A stretch of DNA of 63,237 bases, counting the filler, from Octopus bimaculoides (Eukaryota): the NCBI RefSeq assembly GCF_001194135.2. It is 8 parts of 8 records of this genome, joined end to end, with 100 filler letters (N's around TTAATTAATTAA, not from the genome) between each part and the next. Parts side by side here need not be neighbours in the genome. Positions count along the whole stretch, not along the records: positions 38,457 to 59,273 come from NC_068984.1; positions 59,374 to 61,912 come from NC_069006.1; positions 62,013 to 63,237 come from NC_068987.1; 5 more parts are not named here. The stretch is one strand, 5' to 3'. Shown here in pieces: positions 49,778-63,237 of the stretch (position 1 is the stretch's first letter; every line of letters starts with the position of its first letter). Both the position numbers and the translations under genes were made by a program. A model generated the notes under the pieces. The model ran no database searches. It was not told where the DNA came from and was given only the letters and a program-made list of their open reading frames with translations.

Positions 49778-50049
49778 TACTTGCGTACTATTCACAGTTT
49801 AGATGCAGCCCCTGTATGTTGTCAATCCAGTATCGATAACTTAAGCAGCATGCCCAAGATACCTATACGTGCGTTTGTTTTAACGTATGATGTAACACAT
49901 CATTAAATATACGGTCCTTAACAGATTTTCATTAGTTTCCAATCAGAAAGTAATTCAACACGACTGGAACTTATGGATATCCGGCAGTCCGCTGTCGCTT
50001 TTCCAACCGCTGTGTGAATAATTTCACATCTTCTGTCTTATCTGCTATT

Positions 50050-50378
50050 GAGGACTTGGGATGATGAATCATATTTAGTCTGGAAGATCACCAACGTCTT
50101 TGCCGTTTTCAGTAATACAGCTAGCTGCACGATGCTCCTATTAGCATCGTTCTCGTGATCAAAAGAACGCAAGCCTCTCCACCACGTCATGCTAGAGCTC
50201 CAGGGAGGAGGCAGCAGTTAAGGACTATATAGATAAACCAAAAGCTAAAGGTGGCAATAAAGTACTGCAACCACATCTATGACGGTGTTGCTGCTAAGCT
50301 CCCAGATATCCTAGATCGCGCCCAGAGTAGAGTCATTAAACTAATTGGCATTCAGTCACTAATAAACACGGTCCAATT

Positions 50379-50426
<48 letters not shown>

Positions 50427-50560
50427 CCCACCCCTTTTTATCGCTTTTATAAATGGCTACTGATCCTCAGAGCCGGCTGGCCTCGCACTTCGACTACTCG
50501 GGTATCCCCGACCCATACATCCTTCCACCTCGCGTCAGTCTTATTGCCAGCACTGTATTT
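50050..50560 (+). mobile_element. Decayed LINE ORF2 C-terminal fragment (Jockey/L2 group), split by (CT)n
   Basis: YCNHIYDGVAAKLPDILDRAQSRVIKLIG (cf. YC..IW.G...LD..Q.RA.RLI). Confidence 0.55.
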
Positions 50561-50901
50561 AACCATTAGGCAAAATAAGCACGTGCTTCGGACATCAAGA
50601 GAAGGGAAGCACCATAGAAATGGTAAATGGTTTACGGCACACAAAAAAATCACTTTAAACATACTAAAAGTACTATTCGAAGTGGTTTATATGATCAGAA
50701 ATATAATTTTTAAGTGTTCATGGTATCATAATGAGGATCTGACCAAAAAATTTGCAATTAAAAAAAGAAGAAAACTTTTCAAATATAAATAAAGTGGAAG
50801 TATACAAAAATAAACATTATTTTCCATCTTACAGTTAGATTTGTTTCATTTGGAGAAATAAAAAATTATTTTATGGTTTCTTATTGTTTATATTTTTAGT
50901 T

Positions 50902-50958
<57 letters not shown>

Positions 50959-50970
50959 GGAGCATTTAGT

Positions 50971-51154
50971 GGAGACGCAATGGCCCAGTGGTTAGGGCAG
51001 CGGACTCGCGGTCATAGGATCGCGGTTTCGATTCCCAGACCGGGCGTTGTGAGTATTTATGCTCAGCCACTTACACGTTAATTTCACGAGCAGGCTGTTC
51101 CGTTGATCGGATCAACTGGAACCCTCGACGTCGTAAGCGACGAAGTGCCAACAA
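50971..51154 (+). mobile_element. SINE family C with about 200-bp internal deletion
   Basis: Head and 3' block match 57316-57692; middle missing. Confidence 0.85.
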
Positions 51155-54100
51155 TATATGGGAGCAACAAAATCTTTCAAGCGCTTAGGGCCTCTGTGGG
51201 TCTTAATCTGGCTCTGCTTGTTGCTTCCACTTCGATCCCACTGTAACCATTACGGTCAATGCTTCATTTCGAGAACATCGCCTTCTGGAATCTTCCCCTT
51301 AGAGGTGTTGACTTGCGACAGTTAAACTGCATCAAGTTCACGGGTTTCAGAAGAAATGCAAGAATCATGGGCACAACCACCTCTTTCAGAGGCAGCAAGT
51401 TAAAAAAAAAAAAACTTTTTTTAAACCTTCAATGGAATTTGGAGAGGGAAACTGCGCAGAAACCTGGGCGTATATACAACTAAAAACCTTTTCTGAAATT
51501 CACACACTTCGATATCAAAAATAATGAAAATTATTACGCTGTCGAATAAAATACCTGGTGCATTTAGTCACGATCCTTCACGTTTCGCGTTCAAATCATA
51601 CAAACGTCAACCTTATTATTCATTTTTCTGAGGTCGATGACATAAAATACCAAGGAAGCCCTGATTCGGTTATATTTCTACATTGCATCCTAAATATAAA
51701 TGGAATTATATAATAGAACACTCTACTTTTCCTCTTCTGCCAATTTCTGAAAGCAGTGTTACGAACCAACAACAAGAGAGCTTCCAAGTAGTCAAACTAT
51801 CTGCTAGAAATAGCAGTCAAATCTCCTTCAAACAATACTTCCATCATTATAATTGGAAGAACATATTGGATAATGTAGTCCCATAAATACTATCTCCACC
51901 AACTAGAAAAAGAAAAGAAAAAGACGGTACAGTTACGTCTGAAACACTTTGATCGCCTTTGTCTGTTGAACAAAAGCTGACCGCGGGCTAAAGAATTATC
52001 AACATATTATTATGACAAAAGCAGTGGACGGCAGCGGTATTTGGTTGTTGTTCAGAGCCCCTGATTAGCTCTGATCAAGTAAATTATGATCAATACTTCC
52101 AGGCATGACCATCCTATCTTATGTTCAGATAATGCAATATATCCATAATTAAATTATCAATGTGCCTTTTTTTTTCTTCTTCGGATTGGTAGGGTAAGCC
52201 TTTAGGGGGAACATGACTATTATTTCTAGCATATCGTGTAGTATTTAGTTATGTCTCTAACGATCTGAGCTCAAATCCAGCCAAGGCCACCGTTGCCTTT
52301 AAACCTTCCGGGTTCAATAAAATGAAAAATTTGCCCAAGCATTGGGTTGATTTCATCGACTTTACTTCTCCCACTTTCCAAATTCACAACCTTGAGCCTA
52401 TGATAGGATTCGTTATTAGTAGAAGTAATAATAGCAGCAGTGTCGCAGTAGAAGTGATGATATAAATACAAAGCAGTAACAGTAGAACTAGCAGTGGTTA
52501 CATAACAGCAGTGATTGTGGCAGCAGCAGTGATAATAATAATAGTAATAATAGTAGTTATGTTTCTGAAGCTGCAGTAAATAAAGTTTGTATCCATTAAG
52601 TCTGACCCTCCCGCGTCAAACCTAGCATTGTCACCCAGCAGACTGGGGTTGTCTCCCTTTTCAGGTCTACAAGGGCGTCATCAGATTGAAACTATATATA
52701 CCCGCCCCACCACCACCACCTATATACTTACATTCAACATACGCATACATACGTAAACATGTATACACACACACACACACATATATATAGATATACACAC
52801 GCACACACACATATATATACATACACGCACATATGCACATATATAGAAAGAGCGAGAGACAGAGTGGGGAAAGAGAGGTAGAGAAGGGGAGAGAGAGTGT
52901 GTAAGAGACAGAAAGAGTGAGAGAGAGAAAGAAAGAGAGAGAGAGAGAGAGAAACGCACAGATGAACAAATTGCTTGTGTGAAGGCATCAACGAATCATA
53001 TATACGTATATTCTAACACAAGCGGACACTGACACGTGAACTGACATACACAAACTATATATAACGGAGATGTGTATATAAAATTCACTTATGTATCTCA
53101 AGAGACATTCAAGAATATAGACAAATACATTCTACATACAGTTTTCAAATACTTATACACCTACACACACACATACATGCAAACACACAATTGAAAACTT
53201 ACTCGCACTGATCCAAACTTACAACTTACTATTTCCTTCCCACTTTCTTCTGTTTCTCCCCCGTTTGTCTGTACGCAGCTATCTGTCTGTCTACCTAACT
53301 GTTTATCTATTCATTCATCTAATTTATTTTATATATGATTTTAATAACGAAATCTTAAAACAATCTTCAGCCGGAGGACGAACCTACTAGCAGCACTTAC
53401 AGACTAAATGCTGTCATACAGCTGACAACACACAGCAGAATTTTTCACATAGGTACGTTGCTTATACTTGTTCTTTTCGTTTACTCATGTCTTTATATCT
53501 TCTTTATTCTATTTTTTTTTTTTGTTATTAATATCGCTGACATTCCAACTTCGACAACTATTTGGTGTCCATACATTCATTCACAACACACACACACATA
53601 CATGCATATATCTATATATTTATACAAACTGATATACACATATATATGATATTTTACTTGTATCAGCCCGTTGACCGTAGACAATTGCACATACACACAC
53701 GTGTCTTATGTATGTATGTATGTATATTCACACACATGAACATATGCGTGCTTATATACACACACACATGAACATATGCGTGCTTATATACACACACATG
53801 TATGTGTATGCGCGTGTTTGTAATATATATATATATGTGTGTGTGTGTATGTATATATGTGTGTGTGTGTGTGTATGTATGTATACGTATATATATAAAT
53901 ATTTGTGTATGTATGTATATATATATATAAATATTTGTGTGTGTATGTATGTATGTATATATATATATATATATATATATAATAAACCTTAAGCATTCTA
54001 ACAAAGCCCTCGATGCAGGCGGAGAGCAAAGTACTTTTCTGTATGCTTAAGGTATTTAGTTTTCATATTAGATATACATTCATTTGTGTTCATAAACGGG

Positions 54101-54225
54101 AAACAATACATGTTGTTTTAAGAAACATTAAATTTTCATTAATTTCATTGTTTCTCTACCATTCGGATATGTATGTACTGCTACTGAGCGCTTAAGTTTG
54201 ATGTCAAAAAACTTAAGGGCTACCA

Positions 54226-54267
<42 letters not shown>

Positions 54268-54870
54268 CCCATGTATGTATGTATATATGCATGTATTGCA
54301 TATCATATGTGTATGAAAATGGGGCATGGATCTTCTCGATCATTTAACCCTCTCCCTAGTGTCATGTTGATCTGTCGTAAGGTTAATTTATTCCTTACTG
54401 CCAAGGCAGTTACCATGCAATAAAAGGATTTCAAAAAGGGTTCTATGATGAACGTCTAAAAGCCAAGTTGTTTGGATGTGTCAGCTAAATTGTAGCCTGC
54501 CGATGAATAATTCGCAATAATCATGTAATAACAGTAACAACAGCAATACCGATAGCAATTTTTGATAACAGTATTAATTACCATTTATTGTTTTAAGTAT
54601 TGTTGAAGTTGTTATGTGTGCAAGAATGACTTAATTCAATGTCTTAACGTATTCTAACTTCAACTTCTTCGACACACACACACACACGCCTCGATCTTTC
54701 TGTGTACACGCACACAATCAGAAACGAATACACGCAAAACCGTAACTGACGTAAAGATAGTTCATATACCGATATGTATACACAAACACACACACACACA
54801 CACACGTTGAGGCACTGTGATTGCCTTACACCTGCATGATTTTAAATGTGATGGTTCTAACTACTTTCTT

Positions 54871-54918
<48 letters not shown>

Positions 54919-55364
54919 TAAGTATAGATATATGTGTGTGTGTGCACTTTGTGTTCTTGTGGTGTATATGTGGTGCAGGCAAAACTTTCTTGCGCTTATT
55001 TAAACCAACTACCACCACTTAAAACACACAAAAAAAACAATTAAGGGAAGTAACTCCAATAAGATCAGTTAATCGAATTTTATGGTCAATACAAGCAAAA
55101 CAGATTGGCGTGGATCCAGTCTATTAAAGCTAGATGGTGAAAGCAACGGAAATGTTTCATTCCCTTCCTGGTTGTTTTTACATTTTAAATGCCCCCTGAT
55201 GGTGAAAGTTTCAGTTCCTATATTACGCATGTAAAACCTTAAACACATAAAAAAACACTCCCTAGGGATTCATTTTAAACTGAGCCATATTGCTGATATT
55301 CATAATCTTTATTACTAACGTTTATTCTATTTGTCTGTCTGTTTGCCTATTTTATTTTTTTATG

Positions 55365-55695
55365 AGGTTCAGTCCCACTATGCCATACCTTGGGCAAGTG
55401 TTTTCTATTAGAGCTCGGGGTCAATCAAAGCCTTGTGAGTGGAACTGGCAAACAGAAACCGAAAGTAGTCTGCATGTGTATGTATGTGTGTGTGTTTTAT
55501 GTTTGTTCCCTACTACCTCTTGACAACCAATGTTGGTTTGTTCACATCCCCGTAACTTAGCAGTTTCGCAAAAGAGACCTATAGAATACATACTAAGCTT
55601 AAGAAATGAACACTGGGGTCAATATGTTCAGCTAAACTTTTCAAGGCAGTGTCTTAGCATGGCCACAGTTCAATGAGTGAAACAAGTAAAAGATA
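55365..55695 (+). mobile_element. SINE family B, head-truncated
   Basis: CCTTGGGCAAGTG core and 3' block. Confidence 0.75.
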
Positions 55696-56051
55696 TATAT
55701 GTATGTCAGTCTTAGTTTTACCAATAGAGTAGAAAATGCTTAATGAAGGAGGTTTAATAAGACTGAAACATCCCCGCTGCTTTTATCCATTTTGGCATTA
55801 AAGATGAGGCCCACTTCAATCATTATTGTTTATATTGAGCTAAAATTTTACTCAGCTTATCTTTTTTGAAGTTTTCTCCCTTGCTTGTAGATTGTAACCC
55901 CACCCCCACCCACATGAGGAAGTTTTTCTCTATGAATTGTTTGTATAATCTTTGTTGATTGAAGATTTTCAGTTTTCTATATTCCATAAGCGAGACCCTA
56001 CTGGTGTCAGTAATATAAATGCAAGGTGCAATTTAAATTCTTTTCTCATAC

Positions 56052-56140
56052 AGATTGCATTCTCTCTTCTAAATAGATTGTATTCTCTCTTCTAAATAGA
56101 TTGTATTCTCTCTTCTAAATAGATTGTATTCTCTTTTCAA
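56052..56140. repeat. 23-bp minisatellite, about 4 units (AGATTGTATTCTCTCTTCTAAAT)
   Basis: Directly countable. Confidence 0.9.
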
Positions 56141-56154
56141 GAGTTGAAGTTTGA

Positions 56155-56369
56155 AAGGCAGCAAGCTGGCAGAAACATTAGCACGCTGGGCAAAAAGCTT
56201 AGTATATTTCGTCTGTCTTTACGTTCCGAGTTCAAATTCCGCCAAGGTCAACTTTGCCTTTCATCCTATCAGGGTCGATAAATTAAGTACCAGTTGCATA
56301 CTAGAGTTGATCTAATCGACGCCCCCCCCCCCAAAAAAAATTTCAGGCCTTGTGCCTAGAGTAGAAAAG
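56155..56369 (+). mobile_element. SINE family A
   Basis: Head and core homology. Confidence 0.85.
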
Positions 56370-56921
56370 TTTGAGTTTTGCTTCTCTCCCCCTCCACAAT
56401 CAGTTAGTCAGGGAGGAGAAAGAATGGGTTTTTACTTTGACAAGCTGTCCCTTTGCATCTGAAATTGATGTGTGGTTGATTCTCAGCCAGAACATCTGTT
56501 TATCTGTATTTGTAGGGTGGTAACCAGGGGTGTGGGCTGAATATTTGCTTTGGAGAAAACTCAGTTAAAGGCACCTAAAGACCAGATAGTATCAAACCAG
56601 GAAATGTAGTAGGTGTACAACCCAAATTATATATTTGTATGCATGCACATATGTGTGTGTATGTGTTTAATTATATGTATCTATATACGTGTTTGTTTGT
56701 GTACCCTTGTCTTCACATTATGTGATAGTTGTAAAGGTGCATCACAGTCATACAAGCAATGTTGTTCATTTCTTTTCTTCTGAAAAAAAGAAAACAAACA
56801 TATTTGGTTTTGGGGTAATACCGTGCTTGAAAGTGGTGGTAGGAAGGGCATCTGGCCACAGAAAATCTGCCTCGGTAAATTTTGTCTGAACGATACAAGT
56901 AGGGGAAAATGGAGGTTAACT

Positions 56922-57040
56922 GATGGTGATGATGATAATGAAATGGAGAATGAGAGACACAAAGCAGTTAAGGAAGATGATGGTGATGAAGATATTGAAA
57001 TGGAGAATGAGAGACACAAAGCAGTTAAGGAAGATGATGG
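56922..57040. repeat. 57-bp tandem duplication
   Basis: Units 56922-56978 and 56979-57035, 2 mismatches. Confidence 0.9.
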
Positions 57041-57315
57041 CAGTTTAAAAACTGAATGATGTGCTGATACATCTAAGTAGTTCATTGTGAAACCCTTTTT
57101 CAGTGAGCTTCTAATATCATTTACATTAAATTTGATTTCAGAAGTGTGTATTTTTTGGATTTCACCTCAAAATGCTTCTGTTGTCAATAATTACCTAACA
57201 ATAAATCTTTATAGGTATTCTCTAGGGTTCAAATTCAGAAATGTCACTGAAATCTTTGTGGTGTATTTTAGGCATACATGCATTTCTATGTGTGTATGTA
57301 TGTATGTATGTATGT

Positions 57316-57692
57316 GGAGGCACAATGGCCCAGTGGTTAGGGCAGCGGACTCGCGGTCGTTGGATCGCGGTTTCAATTCCCAGACCGGGCGTTGTGAGTG
57401 TTTATTGAGCGAAAACACCTAAATCTCCATGAGGCTCCGGCAGGGGATGGTGGCGAACCCTGCTGTACTCTTTCACCACAACTTTCTCTCACTTTCTTCC
57501 TGTTTCTGTTGTGCCTGTGATTCAGAGGGTCAGCCTTGTCACACTGTGTCACGCTGAATATCCTCGAGAACTACGTTAACAGTACATGTGTCTGTGGAGT
57601 GCTCAGCCACTTGCACGTTAGTTTCACGAGCAGACTGTTCCGTTGATCAGATCAACTGGAACCCTCGACGTCGTAAGCGATGGAGTGCCAAC
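57316..57692 (+). mobile_element. SINE family C, full length
   Basis: tRNA-like head; two further copies in the window. Confidence 0.88.
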
Positions 57693-58349
57693 ACACACAT
57701 GTATGTATGTATATGTGTGTTATTTTTATATTTTAATGTTTAGTCCTAGAAAGAAACAGGATATCCATGATACTTTTCAAGTCTTGTAAGACTGTTGGGG
57801 GTAGTTATCCCCCAATCAGAGATCTGGCTTGATTATGTACATCAGTATGGCCTCTGCAAAAGACACCCAATGGGCAAGTGGTGATATTGAACCAAGTGCC
57901 CAAGCTTTCATCAGAAACTGAAACTAGATTGCAAACTCAGCTCTTCTGTAGCCTTTCAGTTTCAGCTCTTCAAGAGTTCATCCCTTTGTCATACTGTGCT
58001 TATAAAAGAGGAAACAGGACATGGACTGTTTTAGCAGTTCATGTGTTTCCTGAAGTAATAACATTTCAGTCATAATGAATTGGCTGTAACCAAGAATCAA
58101 AACAATCACTGAACTGGCCTCTATAGTAAAAGTATTGATTTATTTACACTGAAACAAGGCTGCAAAATACATGGCAGAGGGATATAAATTACACTTTGCA
58201 CTTACATTATTGACACCAACAGGATTTGAATTGTGAATGTTGAGAGAGATAAAAGTAAATGTTTTACTCTATCTTTTCTATTGCTCTACTATTTTATATC
58301 ACAATATTAGCTTGTACAATTCCTTGGAAAAGGAGCATAGCTGACTGAA

Positions 58350-58745
58350 TTTACTGTCTGTTTCTCTGTCATTAAGATGTGTGCTTCCCAACCAGATGGT
58401 CTTGAGTTCAGTCCTGCTCTGTAGCACCTTAGGTAAATGTCTTCTATCATATAGCCCTTGGACCAGCCAAAGCCTTGTGAGTGAATTTGGAAGACAGAAA
58501 ATGAAACAAGCGGTAAGCTGGCAGAAACGTTAGCACGCCGGGTGAAATGCTTAGCAGTATTTCGTCTGCCGTTACGTTCTGAGTTCAAATTCCACCAAGG
58601 TCGACTTTGCATTTCATCCTTTCGGGGGTCGATAAATAAAGTACCAGTTACGTACTGGGGTCGATGTAATCGACTTAATCCCTTTGTCTGTCCTTGTTTG
58701 TCCCCTCTATGTTTAGCCCCTTGTAGGCAATAAAGAAATAAGAAA
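58350..58745 (+). mobile_element. SINE family B head (about 58350-58500) followed directly by SINE family A (58511-58745)
   Basis: Abrupt switch between the two family sequences. Confidence 0.8.
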
Positions 58746-59055
58746 TTGAAACAAGCTCACTGTATGTGTGTGTGTGTATGCATGTGTGTGTGTGTATGTG
58801 TGTGTGTGTGTTACTTTCTCTTTGTCTTGGCATCATGTGATAGCTGTAAAAAAGCATCACCATCATACAAGTGATGTCCTTTGTTTCCAATCTTCTGTGG
58901 AAACATGTCTGGCCATGGGAGAAATATTACCTTACTTGGAAACAAGTGAGGGTTGACACCAGGAAAGGTATCCAGCCACAGAAAATCTGCCTCAACGAAT
59001 TCTGAGTTGTGCAAGCACAGAAGAGTGGATGTTAAGAAACAATGGTGATGATGAT

Positions 59056-59086
<31 letters not shown>

Positions 59087-59507
59087 CATGCTCATGTACA
59101 TATTTTTCTCTCTCTCTCTCTTTCTCCCTCTCTTTCTCTCTTTATGTATGTATGTATAGATAGATAGATACATTTCTTTTATTAGCCACACAGGGCTCAA
59201 CGAAGATGGGACAAATACAATGTAGAGCTTTTCTTTTTGGGAGGGGGAAGGAAGGAAAAAAAAAAAAAAAAAANNNNNNNNNNNNNNNNNNNNNNNNNNN
59301 NNNNNNNNNNNNNNNNNTTAATTAATTAANNNNNNNNNNNNNNNNNNNNNNNNNNNNNNNNNNNNNNNNNNNNTCTGCAATAAATTGGTTATATTTCTAC
59401 AATGCACAAAATATTTTAACATTCCTAATAATATTTAATTATATAAATATATGATTTTTTTAAAGCATTGAATGGCTAGGAGGATCCATCTGAGTAAAAT
59501 AGGGATC

Positions 59508-59742
59508 AAAGGCGGCGAGCTGGCAGAAACGTTAGCGCACCGGGCGAAATGCTTAGCGGTATTTCGTCTGCCGTTACATTCTGAGTTCAAATTCCGCCGA
59601 GGTCGACTTTGCCTTTCATCCTTTTGGGGTCGATAAATAAAGTACTAGTTACGCACTGGGATGGATCTAATCGACTTAATCCCTTTGTCTGTCCTTGTTT
59701 GTCCCCTCTATGTTTAGCCCCTTGTGGGCAATAAAGAAATAA
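59508..59742 (+). mobile_element. SINE family A, well preserved
   Basis: AAGGCGGCGAGCTGGCAG head, GAGTTCAAATTCC box B, core and tail. Confidence 0.9.
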
Positions 59743-60546
59743 AAAACTGGTTGAGAAACACAGCTCTAAATGAAAGAGTATCAAGATGTATAAAGCAAAG
59801 TCCTTTTCCATGACCACAACAACATTATTATCATCATCATTTTACATCCAGTTTTCATGCTGGCATGGGTGGAATGGGTCTTCAGGAACTGAGCCAGTTC
59901 TTATTTGGACTTTCTGTTCCTCTTAGACAGGCTGAGTGACTGTATCTCACTTGTAAATTTCATTTTCAACTTGGTTCCTGGAGAGAGATGTTCTTTCTAA
60001 AACCAACCATTTTCCAAAGTGGGTTGAAAGCATTTTATCTTCACTAACACTAAAAAGATTGTCAGTCCTCAACAAGACCGAAGACTCCTATCAACCTAAC
60101 ATCATCTCTATCTAACTGTCAAACACTTCTTGAGAATGTGCAAAACGCATTTTATCTTGGCACCAACACTAGAGAGATTGTCGTGTCCTTGACATAACTA
60201 AAGTGTTCTCTTGAGCCTGTGTTATCTCCCTCTCTGTGCACTAATTACATAATCTTATCATATGCTCAAATTATTTGCCCCCCAATCAATCACACCACAA
60301 ACTAAATATTTAGTCAGCTGGTATGAACTGATAGGTCGGCATGTAACATCTTAAGGTATATCTTTTTTTTTCTGTGATGAAATCATGCTCATAGCATATT
60401 AATGCAAATTTAATGCACAAATTTGTAATTTAATTATTGAGTATTAATGGAAATGGCTGTCAGAAGAAAAGATTACCAATTTGTTAATTACAAATAATTA
60501 TCAACTTTCTACTCTCCATTTTCTTTTCTTCATTTAGCTGGATGTG

Positions 60547-60592
<46 letters not shown>

Positions 60593-60594
60593 TC

Positions 60595-61011
60595 CCTTTT
60601 ACTCTCTTTTACTTGTTTCAGTCATTTGACTGCGGCCATGCTGGAGCACCACCTTTTAGTCGAGATAATCGACTCCAGGACTTATTCTTTGTAATCCTAG
60701 TACTTATTCTATTGGTCTCTTTAGCCGAACCGCTAAGTTACGGGGACGTAAACACACCAGCATCGGTTGTCAAGCGATGTTGGGGGTGGGGGACAAACAC
60801 AGACACACAAACATATACACACACACACATATATATATACATGTATACAATGGGCTTCTTTTCAGTTTCCGTCTACCAAATCCACTCACAAGGCTTTGGT
60901 CGGCCCGAGGCTATAGTAGAAGACACTTGCCCAAGGTGTCACGCAGTGGGACTGAACCCGGAACTATGTGGTTGGTAAGCAAGCTACTTACCACACAGCC
61001 ACTCCTGCGCC

Positions 61012-61012
<1 letters not shown>
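60595..61012 (-). mobile_element. SINE family B, full length
   Basis: tRNA-like head, CORE-like segment, internal (TA/CA)n and 3' block. Confidence 0.9.
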
Positions 61013-61042
<30 letters not shown>

Positions 61043-61496
61043 CCAGTTTAAGACGTCTATAGGATTGTACCGCTAATGAGTATTTGTTCATTTATTACCT
61101 ACAAAATGGGATGATTATGGTTGGAATGGCTTTGATCAGTACTTGAAGTGGCCCAGGGTTGATCTGAAGTTAAACAACAACAATTAATTGACGACGATAA
61201 TGCTGGTGATGATGATGATTAGGGCGACGATGATGGTGGTGATGACAGTGGTGATAACAGCGATGATGATGTTGATGTGTTATGTAATAATTAGAAGGGA
61301 AAAAAAAACAACAACAAAAAACATGTTCGTCAGGGTGGAACAACTTTCCCTTTACTGCTGTCATTGCAGGTAGGTGGGGTGCGGTGGGGGGTGGAGAAGT
61401 GTTGGGTAAAAGAAGGATTTGTTTCATACAGCAAGTATGGGGGGGTGGNNNNNNNNNNAGGGGGACCCTGACAGATGGGGAGTAGATGTGAGGAAG

Positions 61497-61585
61497 GAAG
61501 GAAGGGTGGAATTAAGGAAGGAAGGGTGGAATTAAGGAAGGAAGTGTGGAATTAAGGAAGGAAGGTTGGAATTAAGGAAGGAAGG
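61497..61585. repeat. 20-bp purine-rich minisatellite (GAAGGAAGGGTGGAATTAAG), about 4 units
   Basis: Directly visible. Confidence 0.85.
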
Positions 61586-62129
61586 GTGGGGTGAAGGAAG
61601 CAAAGGAAAAGAATTGAATGAGAAAGGGGAAGAGTAGATAGAAAGATGGAGAAGAGGAGAGACAAGTAGTAAAGGAAGGAAGGAAAAAAGGAAGGCAGGA
61701 AGGAATTCAACTCCACCACTCCAAACCAATATCTCCACATGACTACACCCTACCCCCCCACCGACACTGCTGCCATCCATGTTGCTACCCCCACCCCCAC
61801 ACCACTACCGCCCACGCTACTACCGCCCATGCCACTACTGCCCACACACACACACCACTCACTATCCCTCCATACCAATCCCCTCACACTTGTAACTCCC
61901 CCACGCCACGACNNNNNNNNNNNNNNNNNNNNNNNNNNNNNNNNNNNNNNNNNNNNTTAATTAATTAANNNNNNNNNNNNNNNNNNNNNNNNNNNNNNNN
62001 NNNNNNNNNNNNATATATATATATATATATATATATACTTACTCACAAAAGGTGTACGTACGCTGCTATATGTATATATAAATCGCCCAAAAAAGGGAAT
62101 AAGTACGTAACGGACGACAATAGACACAT

Positions 62130-62400
62130 GCGAACAGATAGACGATACAAAGACGGACAGGAAACACCAGGACGGATCATTCGTGGCCCTCTAATCATCA
62201 GTGAAGCTTCCAATTATCATTACAGTTTCGGCCTATTACACTTGAGACGGTTCAACATCTGAGCTAAGAGCATTAAATTTTGGGAAGAAGGCAAGCGAAT
62301 GTGTATGACAACAGAGATAAAAAACGAGAAAATATAGAATATGCTACACGATTACAAATACAAACAACAAGAAAATAACAACAGGTGTCTTTAGCAGCTG
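62130..62400. mobile_element. Interspersed repeat, same family as 18800-19105
   Basis: Shared sequence blocks. Confidence 0.55.
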
Positions 62401-62960
62401 AAAATAACGCATTGACAGGTAAATGGGATAAAGAATCTGCAACAATGTTCTCAGAACCTAGAATATAACGGATATTGCTCGTGGATTGTGAAATGTAATC
62501 CAAATGTCGAAAGTCGCTCGGATAAAATTTATGTGGCTTGCAGTGTAAAACGAACGATAACGGCTTAGGGACCGAAAACATTGTGAAGTGTTTCCCTTCC
62601 AAAAATATGTTGGAAGCGCTTAACTGAGAGGTAAATAGGTAAGAGTTCACGACTGAACGTGCTATATTTTGTTTCAGCTGGTTTTAACTGCTTAAAGAAA
62701 AACACGAGAGATTTCCATTCACCATGGTGAAGTTGTTGAATGACTGTGCCGACACCAATTTTGGACGCGTCGACTACAAGAGAAATTTCGGCATCAGGAA
62801 TAGGGTGAGCTAACATGGAAACACGAGAGAGTTTCTGTTTAACATCGTCGAAAGCTTCTATTTCAGCAGGAGTTAAAGTGATCTTTTCTGTTTTCTTCTT
62901 TCCGTGTTTAATTTTGAGTTCGACACTGCCATCGTGGCACCAACATTTGCTTTTTCACGG
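62400..62960 (-). mobile_element. Ty3/gypsy RT-connection and RNase H fragment
   Basis: LAHP..DA.ISLVVDASKIGVG.VIQQ, AETKYSTFSRELL.IY.SVK.F, FLEGKHF, RHLDYISQ, ENIVADSLS; frameshifted. Confidence 0.92.
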
Positions 62961-63237
62961 CCTCTTTTACTCAATATAGGTGACTACAAAGCTATCCCTA
63001 GGCGCTGAGGGATCTTGTCTTCCTTGACAGTCATTAAGATAAGGTGATTCTTGTGACTGGGAGTTGTTTTAATTCCTATTTCTAGCAATACTTGTACTGA
63101 TTAGTCATTTTAGTGACATACACACACACACACACGTAAATTTATATAAATAAGGATAAGATCCTTATTTAAAATACCGATCTTATCAGGTGGCCAGCAT
63201 GGGAATAAAAATCTCAGAGGTAATAATTACATATATA

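Noticed and set aside
12687-61968. TTAATTAATTAA inside N runs at 12687, 18391, 21502, 35870, 38401, 59318 and 61957
   Set aside because: Each is centred in a 100-bp gap (44 N + 12 + 44 N). It is a palindromic all-frame stop linker, i.e. an assembly artefact.

Overview
AT-rich, gap-ridden animal genomic DNA dominated by microsatellites and transposon debris. The tRNA-derived SINE families, LINE mix and repeat load resemble octopus or another coleoid cephalopod (inference from pattern recognition, not a database result). No complete protein-coding gene is recognisable. Recognisable elements include a piggyBac transposase remnant, a pogo/CENP-B transposase pseudogene, mariner remnants, a fold-back mariner MITE, and RTE, CR1, Tx1/L1-like and R4/Dong-like LINE fragments. 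There are also Ty3/gypsy fragments, about 25 SINE copies in at least four families, a decayed U2 snRNA copy and a few candidate minus-strand exons of an unidentified gene. The most interesting structures are five. (1) A 5'-inverted (twin-priming-type) RTE LINE with an intact 12-bp target-site duplication. (2) Four tandem LTR-end + tRNA-Trp primer-binding-site junctions. (3) Hammerhead-ribozyme relics. (4) A (CCCTAA)n tract flanked by a 77-bp duplication inside a LINE fragment, next to CpG-rich 55-bp arrays that differ by a hairpin-loop micro-inversion. (5) A speculative phase-compatible exon chain with an in-frame UGA. TE family names come from recalled motifs and need Dfam/Repbase confirmation; most element boundaries are approximate.
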